DNA of 64,000 nt. It comes from Eledone cirrhosa. Lineage: Eukaryota. The notes under the pieces were generated by a model, which saw only the letters and a list, made by a program, of their open reading frames with translations, searched no databases and was not told the origin of the DNA. Positions 39,573 to 50,865 of this stretch are shown here, piece after piece. The translations under genes were made by a program, and so were the position numbers. The stretch is from the NCBI GenBank assembly GCA_964016885.1, contig OZ024756.1, positions 5,270,001-5,334,000 of the forward strand, read 5' to 3'. Numbering within the stretch: position 1 is the stretch's first letter; each line of letters opens with the position of its first letter.

Positions 39573-41527
39573 TCATAGGGGAAGGACGGTTTTTCCATCC
39601 TTTTCACTGCTTGTGGCCTCCTCAGGAAGGATGTCCTTATAAATCCTCCTGGAGAGTGCTTGTCGGAAGTCTCCGATGTCTTTGGGGAATTTTTGTTTTA
39701 GTGTCATGTACGTTTTCTTTGTGATGCGAGTGATTTGTATGTGTGGAGGTGGTGTGAATTTTGGGGTTGTTGTGTAGTCTTTTTCTGTGATGCTGGTGTT
39801 GTGTTGGATGTAGTGTAATAATTGCTTGTTGTTCAAAAGTAATGCTGTGTAGTGTGTATCGTTTTGGTTGTTTTGTTTTGTTTGCGTTTGTTGTGGGTTT
39901 GTTTCTGTTTCGCATTTTGGTGACTTTTGTGGTGTAGGTGATGGTGGTGTTGGGGTTAATGATGGTGATGGTGTTGGTGTTTGGGTTGATGGGGTTGGTG
40001 ATGCTGGTGAGGATGGTGGCATATCTGTCCTAACTTTTTTGTTTCTTAATTTATTTGTTTCCCTCTGTATTTTGTTTTTGGAGGGGGAAGGAAGAGAATT
40101 TTTTCTTTTTTGGTTTCTTTTTTTTTTTCGGATATCGTTTCCCACTCCTCGTCGTCACAATCTGTCTCCAGTTGTGATAGGCCGGGGAATGGAAAATCCT
40201 CCACAGCCGTTAGTTTTGGTTGTGGCGTGGTGGATGGTGTAGGCGATGGTGCTAGTTCTGAAGCGTTGGGTGGTGGTGGTGTTGGTTTTGCTGGTGGTGG
40301 TGGTGGTGTTGGTTTTGCTACTGTTGCTGGGGTTGTTGCTGTTATAGTTGCTTCTGTTGTTGCTGCTACAGTTGTTGCTGCCATCTCTGCTACTGGTGGT
40401 GTTGATGGTTGTGTCACTGGGGTGGGTAGGAGAGGTGGCCTCAACCTTTTAGCCTGGGGGCAGAAAGCCCTTAGGTGGGTTCCTTCACCACAAACGACAC
40501 ACCTAGGTCTTCTGCCCTCGACAATTACCGTGAGGTGGCTGCTGTCAGTGAGGTCTATTACCTCTGGGATCTCCTCAATGCTTTTTTGGTCCGCTTGGAT
40601 CAGGAGCTCCATCCCAGATCCGGACCAGTTCTCCTGCTTTTCTTTTGCTATTGCTATTATTTTCGTGTTGGCTTCGATGCCGGTGAGGACAGCCGCTATT
40701 AGCCAGGGAATTTCGATGGCCGGTGGAACGTGGGTCACCCTGATCTTTACGAGTCTCTGGCCACAATAGCTTGGGACGAGTGTGAAGTCGTCACTTCTTA
40801 ATGGGGCCATGGAGTGTCCTCTAGCCTCCTCTGGTGTTTCAAAGAACACGTCCACGGTTCCATACTTTTGCCCAAGTCTGATGTGGGTTTTTCTTGCCCA
40901 CACATGTCCCAAAGCTTTTTGGATTTGGGACTCGGATGCCCGTTCCACTCGGCGCGATTTTACATTTATTGTTCTATACGACACGGTGCATAGGCGCCGA
41001 TGCTCCATTTTATTAGGTGGGGGGGGGGGGCTGACCCTGTACCCATCTTTCTTTACCATTTGTTTGGCATTTTCTAAATCCTCCTGAGTTACCGTAAATG
41101 CTTCGAACTGTTTTGCTACTCTGGCGAAACTGAGGGGGGGTTTTATAATGTCATTGTTGTTGTTGTTGCTATCGTTAATATTAATTTTAGTTTCAATTGT
41201 GGTGGTGGTGTCGTCAGTCGTCTTTGGTGGGGAAGAGTCCATTTTGCTTGATTTCATTTCGACATCACGAGTTAATTTATTTTTTTCTTCTTTTGTTTCT
41301 GTTGTCGCGGTGGTGGTGGTGGTGGTGGTGGTGGAGGCTTTAACACCTGCAGTCATTGGTAATGGCGGGAAATGAATGTCTGCCTGAGACAAATTTAAAA
41401 TATTGCTAGTGCTTATATTTTTTTTTGTGTTGGCAAACGTAGTAACATTTACAATGGTGGTGTCGGTGTGAGGTGTTAATTTGTGAGGAAGGCTTTCAGC
41501 TGCTTCGTGCAGAGGTGAATTAGCCAT
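39573..41527 (-). pseudogene. Tx1 ORF1 (RRM-like region, CCHC knuckle, Pro/Thr-rich tail) with a frameshift at an A11 run
   Basis: ATG at 41527 (MANSPLH), EGRRPRCVVCGEGTHLRAFCP; frame change at 40118..40128. Confidence 0.8.
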
Positions 41528-41734
41528 TTTTTTGAAAGAAATTTTTTGATAATAATAAACGTTTAAATTTGGGGCACAAGGCCCCAATCTTTTTGGGTGT
41601 CCTTTTCGGAAAACAATGTATGTGCGCTTATAAACAGTTAACAATAAAATTTTCCATAAATGACAATTTTTAACAAACGGAAATAACAAACCTTTGCGGA
41701 GCTCACGATGATACGATTTACTACGTAGGTCGCC

Positions 41735-41778
<44 letters not shown>

Positions 41779-41779
<1 letters not shown>

Positions 41780-42305
41780 CAATTTACCACATTCTGAGAA
41801 GTGGTATGAGCATAAGCCAGAGGCGGTGATAGAAAACGATCAGGTGAAGGTGCTGTGGGATTTTAGGATACAGACGGACAAGAAACTGGAACACAATAGA
41901 CCTGACCTGGTGGTTGTGGACAAAGAAAAAAGATCGTGCCTGATTGTGGATGTGGCCTGCCCATTCGACACGAGAGTGCAAGAGAAGGAGAGGGAGAAAA
42001 TTAATCGATACCAGGACTTAAAGTGGGAGGTAAAAAGGATTTGGAACTGCCATGAAGTCAAAGTGATCCCGATTGTCATAGGCGCACTAGGGACTATCTC
42101 AAAAAGTTTCCAGGGATGGTTAAAGAAAATTGGCCCCTTCACGCTTTTTGGAACGCTTCAAAAGGCATGCTTGCTGGGAACAGCAAGAACCCTCCGATAC
42201 GTCCTGAATATCTGAGGCTGTAGGTAGTGGCTTGATATTCATTTCAACAAACTTTCCAGTTAACTAACATCAATGACTGAGACTCAAAGAGTAATAATAA
42301 TAATA
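41779..42305 (+). mobile_element. 5'-truncated Dong/R4-clade retrotransposon (restriction-like endonuclease C-terminus)
   Basis: WYEHKPE...LWDFRIQTD...NRPDLVV...IVDVACP...EKINRYQDL...PIVIGALG...KACLLGTA; (TAA)n on both sides, the known Dong target type. Confidence 0.88.
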
Positions 42306-42546
42306 TAGAAAGCAGGAAGATGGGAAAGTGAAAGGAGAGATGTGATGTGTTTACAGGGATTGGTTGAAAGATAAGTAAAGAATAAGTAAAACGGTTTCGT
42401 GGAAGAAAAACATATAGAAAAGATAAGGTGTGCATTGGAGAGAGAGAAATATATATAAAATAGTAGAGAGGAAGTGTGAAGAGAGAGAGGGGGGGGGGAG
42501 AGCAGGTAAGAGAGAGCGAGAGAGAGACTGACAGATAGATAGATAG

Positions 42547-42600
<54 letters not shown>

Positions 42601-43086
42601 TTGATAGATAGAGTGGGGGTTAGAGAGAGACAGATAAATAGATAGGTAGAGAGAGAGTGAGAGAGACAGAGAGAGAGAAGGTGAGAAAGAGAGAGAGAGG
42701 GAGCAGATGAGAGGGAACATTGATGATTCATATTTAAACATATCAAGAAGTTATTATAGAAGTGGAGCAGGAAATGAGTGCATATAGGGGGAGGGAGGTT
42801 TGTGAAGAGAGTAACGAAGGATGTGAGAAGGAGAGAGTTGGAGACAGAGAAGGAGAAACTGGTCGGGAAATAGTCTGTCATAGGAACATGTAGATAATAC
42901 GAGAGGGAGAGGGGGGTTAGAGGTAGGTAGAGGTGTGGGGAGTGAGAGGTGTGAAGAGCGAGTGGTAGGGACAGGTGTGGGGAACGAGTGGTAGGTAAAG
43001 GGAGGGTGGGGTGACATATAGGGAGTTTGGGGAGGTCACCAGAGTGGAGAGCGAGAGAAAATGTGGGTTAAAATAGAAGGATATAC

Positions 43087-43188
43087 GTCGTTGGAAATAT
43101 GTTGCAGTGTTGTCTAGCCCTTGGCTATTGGAATACAGCATTCCATTCCATTGGAAAGATGGAGTTTGGAGTTTGATTGAAATAATAT
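43087..43188 (-). other. Candidate 102-nt phase 1-1 exon next to the 52-bp satellite
   Basis: AG/GT boundaries; open frame (D)IISIKLQTPSFQWNGMLYSNSQGLDNTATYFQR. Confidence 0.3.
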
Positions 43189-43195
43189 CTTTAAT

Positions 43196-46100
43196 AGGGT
43201 AATAGAGAGTGAAAATATGATGGGATGAGAGAGTAAGGAGAGGGTGAAGGGGAGTAGAGAGTGAAAATATGATGGGATGAGAGAGTAAGGATAGGGTGAA
43301 GGGGAGTAGAGAGTGAAAATATGATGGGATGAGAGAGTAAGGAGAGGGTGAAGGGGAGTAGAGAGTGAAAATATGATGGGATGAGAGAGTAAGGAGAGGG
43401 TGAAGGGGAGTAGAGAGTGAACATATGATGGGATGAGAGAGTAAGGAGAGGGTGAAGGGGAGTAGAGAGTGAAAATATGATGGGATGAGAGAGTAAGGAG
43501 AGGGTGAAGGGGAGTTGAGAGTGAACATATGATGGGATGAGAGAGTAAGGAGAGGGTGAAGGGGAATAGAGAGTGAAAATATGATGGGATGAGAGAGTAA
43601 GGAGAGGGTGAAGGGGAGTAGAGAGTGAACATATGATGGGATGAGAGAGTAAGGAGAGGGTGAAGGGGAGTAGAGAGTGAAAATATGATGGGATGAGAGA
43701 GTAAGGAGAGGGTGACGGGGAATAGAGAGTAATCATATGATGGGATGAGAGAGTTAGGAGAGGGTGAAGGGGAATAGAGAGTAATCATATGATGGGATGA
43801 GAGAGTTAGGAGAGGGTGAAGGGGAATAGAGAGTGAAAATATGATGGGATGAGAGAGTAAGGAGAGGGTGAAGGGGAGTAGAGAGTGATCATATGATGGG
43901 ATGAGAGAGTTAGGAGAGGGTGAAGGGGAATAGAGAGTAATCATATGATGGGATGAGAGAGTAAGGAGAGGGTGATGGGGAGTTGAGAGTAATCATATGA
44001 TGGGATGAGAGAGTAAGGAGAGGGTGAAGGGGAATAGAGAGTGATCATATGATGGGATGAGAGAGTAAGGAGAGGGTGATGGGGAGTTGAGAGTGATCAT
44101 ATGAGTGGATGAGAGAGTAAGGAGAGGGTGAAGGGGAGTTGAGAGTGATCATATGAGTGGATGAGAGAGTAAGGAGAGGGTGAAGGGGAATAGAGAGTAA
44201 TCATATGATGGGATGAGAGAGTAAGGAGAGGGTGATGGGGAGTTGAGAGTAATCATATGATGGGATGAGAGAGTAAGGAGAGGGTGAAGGGGAATAGAGA
44301 GTGAAGATATGATGGGATGAGAGAGTAAGGAGAGGGTGATGGGGAGTTGAGAGTAATCATATGAGTGGATGAGAGAGTAAGGAGAGGGTGAAGGGGAGTT
44401 GAGAGTAATCATATGAGTGGATGAGAGAGTAAGGAGAGGGTGATGGGGAGTTGAGAGTGATCATATGAGTGGATGAGAGAGTAAGGAGAGGGTGATGGGG
44501 AGTTGAGAGTAATCATATGAGTGGATGAGAGAGTAAGGAGAGGGTGATGGGGAGTTGAGAGTGATCATATGAGTGGATGAGAGAGTAAGGAGAGGGTGAA
44601 GGGGAGTTGAGAGTGATCATATGAGTGGATGAGAGAGTAAGGAGAGGGTGATGGGGAGTTGAGAGTGATCATATGAGTGGATGAGAGAGTAAGGAGAGGG
44701 TGAAGGGGAATAGAGAGTAATCATATGATGGGATGAGAGAGTAAGGAGAGGGTGATGGGGAGTTGAGAGTAATCATATGATGGGATGAGAGAGTAAGGAG
44801 AGGGTGAAGGGGAATAGAGAGTGATCATATGATGGGATGAGAGAGTAAGGAGAGGGTGATGGGGAGTTGAGAGTAATCATATGATGGGATGAGAGAGTAA
44901 GGAGAGGGTGAAGGGGAATAGAGAGTGATCATATGATGGGATGAGAGAGTAAGGAGAGGGTGATGGGGAGTTGAGAGTAATCATATGATGGGATGAGAGA
45001 GTAAGGAGAGGGTGAAGGGGAATAGAGAGTGATCATATGATGGGATGAGAGAGTAAGGAGAGGGTGATGGGGAGTTGAGAGTAATCATATGATGGGATGA
45101 GAGAGTAAGGAGAGGGTGAAGGGGAGTAGAGAGTGATAATATGATGGGATGAGAGAGTAAGGAGAGGGTGAAGGGGAATAGAGAGTGAAAATATGATGGG
45201 ATGAGAGAGTAAGGAGAGGGTGAAGGGGAGTAGAGAGTGATCATATGATGGGATGACAGAGTAAGGAGAGGGTGAAGGGGAGTAGAGAGTGATCATATGA
45301 TGGGATGAGAGAGTAAGGATAGGGTGAAGGGGAGTTGAGAGTGAACATATGATGGGATGAGAGAGTAAGGAGAGGGTGAAGAGGAGTAGAGAGTGAAAAT
45401 ATGATGGGATGAGAGAGTAAGGAGAGGGTGAAGGGTAATAGAGAGTGAAAATATGATGGGATGAGAGAGTAAGGAGAGGGTGAAGGGGAGTAGAGAGTGA
45501 TCATATGATGGGATGAGAGAGTAAGGATAGGGTGAAGGGGAGTTGAGAGTGAACATATGATGGGATGAGAGAGTAAGGAGAGGGTGAAGAGGAGTAGAGA
45601 GTGAAAATATGATGGGATGAGAGAGTAAGGAGAGGGTGAAGGGTAATAGAGAGTGAAAATATGATGGGATGAGAGAGTAAGGAGAGGGTGAAGGGGAGTA
45701 GAGAGTGATCATATGATGGGATGACAGAGTAAGGAGAGGGTGAAGGGGAGTAGAGAGTGATCATATGATGGGATGAGAGAGTAAGGAGAGGGTGATGGGG
45801 AGTTGAGAGTAATCATATGATGGGATGAGAGAGTAAGGAGAGGGTGAAGGGGAATAGAGAGTGAAGATATGATGGGATGAGAGAGTAAGGAGAGGGTGAA
45901 GGGGAATAGAGAGTGATCATATGATGGGATGAGAGAGTAAGGATAGGGTGAAGGGGAGTTGAGAGTGAACATATGATGGGATGAGAGAGTAAGGAGAGGG
46001 TGAAGAGGAGTAGAGAGTGAAAATATGATGGGATGAGAGAGTAAGGAGAGGGTGAAGGGTAATAGAGAGTGAAAATATGATGGGATGAGAGAGTAAGGAG

Positions 46101-48668
46101 AGGGTGAAGGGGAGTAGAGAGTGATCATATGATGGGATGACAGAGTAAGGAGAGGGTGAAGGGGAGTAGAGAGTGATCATATGATGGGATGAGAGAGTAA
46201 GGATAGGGTGAAGGGGAGTTGAGAGTGAACATATGATGGGATGAGAGAGTAAGGAGAGGGTGAAGGGGAGTAGAGAGTGAAAATATGATGGGATGAGAGA
46301 GTAAGGAGAGGGTGAAGGGTAATAGAGAGTGAAAATATGATGGGATGAGAGAGTAAGGAGAGGGTGAAGGGGAGTAGAGAGTGATCATATGATGGGATGA
46401 GAGAGTAAGGAGAGGGTGAAGGGGAGTTGAGAGTGAACATATGATGGGATGAGAGAGTAAGGATAGGGTGAAGGGGAGTTGAGAGTGAACATATGATGGG
46501 ATGAGAGAGTAAGGAGAGGGTGAAGGGGAGTAGAGAGTGATCATATGATGGGATGAGAGAGTAAGGAGAGGGTGAAGGGGAGTAGAGAGTGAACATATGA
46601 TGGGATGAGAGAGTAAGGATAGGGTGAAGGGGAGTTGAGAGTGAACATATGATGGGATGAGAGAGTAAGGAGAGGGTGAAGAGGAGTAGAGAGTGAAAAT
46701 ATGATGGGATGAGAGAGTAAGGAGAGGGTGAAGGGTAATAGAGAGTGAAAATATGATGGGATGAGAGAGTAAGGAGAGGGTGAAGGGGAGTAGAGAGTGA
46801 TCATATGATGGGATGAGAGAGTAAGGAGAGGGTGAAGGGGAATAGAGAGTAATCATATGATGGGATGAGAGAGTTAGGAGAGGATGATGGGGAGTTGAGA
46901 GTAATCATATGATGGGATGAGAGAGTAAGGAGAGGGTGAAGGGGAGTTGAGAGTGATCATATGATGGGATGAGAGAGTAAGGAGAGGGTGAAGGGGAGTT
47001 GAGAGTAATCATATGATGGGATGAGAGAGTAAGGAGAGGGTGAAGGGGAGTAGAGAGTGAAAATATGAGTGGATGAGAGAGTAAGGAGAGGGTGAAGGGT
47101 AATAGAGAGTGAAAATATGATGGGATGAGAGAGTAAGGAGAGGGTGAAGGGGAGTAGAGAGTGATCATATGATGGGATGAGAGAGTAAGGAGAGGGTGAA
47201 GGGGAGTTGAGAGTGAAAATATGAGTGGATGAGAGAGTAAGGAGAGGGTGAAGGGTAATAGAGAGTGAAAATATGATGGGATGAGAGAGTAAGGAGAGGG
47301 TGAAGGGGAGTAGAGAGTGATCATATGATGGGATGAGAGAGAAAGGAGAGGGTGAAGGGGAGTTGAGAGTGAAAATATGAGTGGATGAGAGAGTAAGGAG
47401 AGGGTGAAGGGTAATAGAGAGTGAAAATATGATGGGATGAGAGAGTTAGGAGAGGGTGAAGGGGACTAGAGAGTGATAATATGATAGGATGAGAGAGTAA
47501 GGAGAGGGTGAAGGGGAGTAGAGAGTGATCATATGATGGGATGAGAGTGTAAGGAGAGGGTGAAGGGGAGTAGAGAGTGATAATATGATGGGATGAGAGA
47601 GTAGGGAGAGGGGGAAGGGGAGTAGAGAGTGATCATATGAGTGGATGAGAGAGTTAGGAGAGGGTGAAGAGGAGTTGAGAGTGAAAATATGATGGGATGA
47701 GAGAGCAAGGAGAGGGTGATGGGGAGTTGAGAGTGATCATATGATGGGATGAGAGTGTAAGGAGAGGGGGAAGGGGAGTTGAGAGTGATCATATGATGGG
47801 ATGAGAGAGTTAGGAGAGGGTGAAGGGGAGTTGAGAGTGAAAATATGATGGGATGAGAGAGTAAGGAGAGGGTGAAGGGGAGTAGAGAGTGATAATATGA
47901 TGGGATGAGAGAGTAAGGAGAGGGTGAAGGGGAGTTGAGAGTGATCATATGATGGGATGAGAGAGTTAGGAGAGGGTGAAGGGGAGTAGAGAGTGATAAT
48001 ATGATGGGATGAGAGAGTAAGGAGAGGGTGAAGGGGAGTTGAGAGTGATCATATGATGGGATGAGAGTGTAAGGAGAGGGGGAAGGGGAGTTGAGAGTGA
48101 TCATATGATGGGATGAGAGAGTTAGGAGAGGGTGAAGGGGAGTAGAGAGTGATCATATGATGGGATGAGAGAGTAGGGAGAGGGTGAAGGGGAGTAGAGA
48201 GTGAATATATGATGGGATGATAGAGTAAGGAGAGGGTGAAGGGGAGTAGAGAGTGATCATATGATGGGATGAGAGAGTAAGGAGAGGGTGAAGGGGAGTA
48301 GAGAGTGAAAATATGATGGGATGAGAGAGTAGGGAGAGGGGGAAGGGGAGTTGAGAGTGATCATATGATGGGATGAGAGAGTAAGGAGAGGGTGAAGGGG
48401 AGTAGAGAGTGAAAATATGATGGGATGAGAGAGTAGGGAGAGGGGGAAGGGGAGTTGAGAGTGATCATATGATGGGATGAGAGAGTAAGGAGAGGGTGAA
48501 GGGTAATAGAGAGTGATCATATGATGGGATGAGAGTGTAAGGAGAGGGTGAAGGGGAGTTGAGAGTGATCATATGATGGGATGAGAGAGTAAGGAGAGGG
48601 TGAAGGGTAATAGAGAGTGATCATATGATGGGATAAGAGTGTAAGGAGAGGGGGAAGGGGAGTAGAGA
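43196..48668. repeat. 52-bp purine-rich satellite (~105 copies)
   Basis: gagagtgaaaatatgatgggatgagagagtaaggagagggtgaaggggagta. Confidence 0.97.
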
Positions 48669-48745
48669 GAGAGAAATAAACTAAAATAAATACGTTGAGA
48701 TTAGATCTCACCTTGAACGTCATTCTCACTTAATCTACGATATTA

Positions 48746-50520
48746 TGTGTGTGGCAGTGTGAGGGAGAAGGAGAGAGTGTGTGTGTCTGTGTGAGGGAGA
48801 AGGAGAGAGTGTGTGTGTGTCTGTGAGAGAGAGAAAGAATGTGTGCGTGTGAGTGAGTGTATGAGTGAGTGTGTGTGGCAGTGTGAGGGAGAAGGAGAGA
48901 GTGTGTGTGACAGTGTGAGAGAGCAAGAATGTGTGCGTGTGAGTGAGTGTATGAGTGAGTGTGTGTGGCAGTGTGAGGGAGAAGGAGAGAGTGTGTGTGT
49001 GTGTCTGTGAGAGAGAGAAAGAATGTGTGCGTGTGAGTGAGTGTATGAGTGAGTGTGTGTGACAGTGTGAGGGAGAAGGAGAGGGTGTGTGTGTCTGTGA
49101 GAGAGAGAAAGAATGTGTGCGTGTGAGTGAGTGTATGAGTGAGTATGTGTGACAGTGTGAGGGAGAAGGAGAGGGTGTGTGTGTCTGTGAGAGAGAGAAA
49201 GAATGTGTGCGTGTGAGTGAGTGTATGAGTGAGTGTGTGTGACAGTGTGAGGGAGAAGGAGAGGGTGTGTGTGTCTGTGAGAGAGAGAAAGAATGTGTGC
49301 GTGTGAGTGAGTGTATGAGTGAGTGTGTGTGACAGTGTGAGGGAGAAGGAGAGGGTGTGTGTGTCTGTGAGAGAGAGAAAGAATGTGTGCGTGTGAGTGA
49401 GTGTATGAGTGAGTGTGTGTGACAGTGTGAGGGAGAAGGAGAGGGTGTGTGTGTCTGTGAGAGAGAGAAAGAATGTGTGCGTGTGAGTGAGTGTATGAGT
49501 GAGTGTGTGTGACAGTGTGAGGGAGAAGGAGAGGGTGTGTGTGTCTGTGAGAGAGAGAAAGAATGTGTGCGTGTGAGTGAGTGTATGAGTGAGTGTGTGT
49601 GACAGTGTGAGGGAGAAGGAGAGGGTGTGTGTGTCTGTGAGAGAGAGAAAGAATGTGTGCGTGTGAGTGAGTGTATGAGTGAGTGTGTGTGACAGTGTGA
49701 GGGAGAAGGAGAGGGTGTGTGTGTCTGTGAGAGAGAGAAAGAATGTGTGCGTGTGAGTGAGTGTATTAGTGAGTGTGTGTGGCAGTGTGAGGGAGAAGGG
49801 GAGGGTGTGTGTGTGTGTCTGTGAGAGAGAGCAAGAATGTGTGCGTGTGAGTGAGTGTATGAGTGAGTGTGTGTGGCAGTGTGAGGGAGAAGGAGAGAGT
49901 GTGTGTGTCTGTGAGAGAGAGCAAGAATGTGTGCGTGTGAGTGAGTGTATGAGTGAGTGTGTGTGACAGTGTGAGGGAGAAGGGGAGGGTGTGTGTGTGT
50001 GTCTGTGAGAGAGAGAAATAATGTGTGCGTGTGAGTGAGTGTATGAGTGAGTGTGTGTGACAATGTGAGGGAGAAGGAGAGAGTGTGTGTGTGTCTGTGA
50101 GAGAGAGCAAGAATGTGTGCGTGTGAGTGAGTGTATGAGTGAGTGTGTGTGAGTGAGTGTGTGTGAAAGAGAGAGTGTGTGTGTGTCTGTGAGAGAGAGC
50201 AAGAATGTGTGCGTGTGAGTGAGTGTATGAGTGAGTGTGTGTGAAAGAGAGAGTGTGTGTGTGTCTGTGAGTGAGTGTGTGTGAGTGAGTGTGTGAGTGA
50301 GTGTGTGTGAGTGAGTGTGTGTGAAAGAGAGAGTGTGTGTGTGTCTAAGAGAGAGAATGTGTGTGTGTGTGTGTGTGAGTGAGAGAGAGAGTGAGAGAGA
50401 GAGAGTGAGAGAGAGAGAGAGAGCCAGAGAGAGTGCGTGTGTGTGTGAGAGAAAGAGAGAAAAAAGAGAGATACTGTGTGAGAGAGTGAGGGAGAGAGTG
50501 TGAGTATGTGTGCGTGCGTG
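48746..50520. repeat. 90-bp GT/GA-rich minisatellite
   Basis: About 8 near-identical 90-bp units at 49020..49740 with degenerate edges. Confidence 0.95.
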
Positions 50521-50865
50521 CGTGCGCTGACGTAGAAGAACAGGTTTCCTGCTTAGTCCCCTACTTAGGAAGGTTTGCTCCCATTCAGCGCTGGTATGTA
50601 GAGTCTTTAAATCACACACGGAAATAACACAAACATACTTTGGCCTTAAGACCAAAAGACTATAAGATTTGTAGACCTATTAAATCGTACAATTTGATTC
50701 ATTGTTTTGTCTTAACACAGACGAGACCCTTCAGTTTTTCTGTCCTTACAATTCTCCCCTGGTACTAAACAGGGTCTCTCATCCCTGGGTTAGATGCTCT
50801 CGTATATATATAAATGTATATAATTAAATGTGGGCCCACATGAACAGAAATTGGTGAAAGCTGAA

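Larger units (their letters stand above)
35862..41734 (-). mobile_element. Full-length Tx1/L1-clade non-LTR retrotransposon, inactivated, flanked by (TAA)n on both sides
   Basis: ORF1 with CCHC knuckle; ORF2 APE-RT-zinc finger; AATAAA immediately before the (ATT)n tail. Confidence 0.9.

Noticed and set aside
40118-40128. Programmed -1 frameshift in Tx1 ORF1
   Set aside because: It lies in an 11-nt homopolymer of an already inactivated copy, so a slippage mutation or sequencing error is more likely
40046-41782. 578-aa ORF starting in (ATT)n
   Set aside because: The N-terminal extension is microsatellite and 5' UTR; the likely start is ATG 41527
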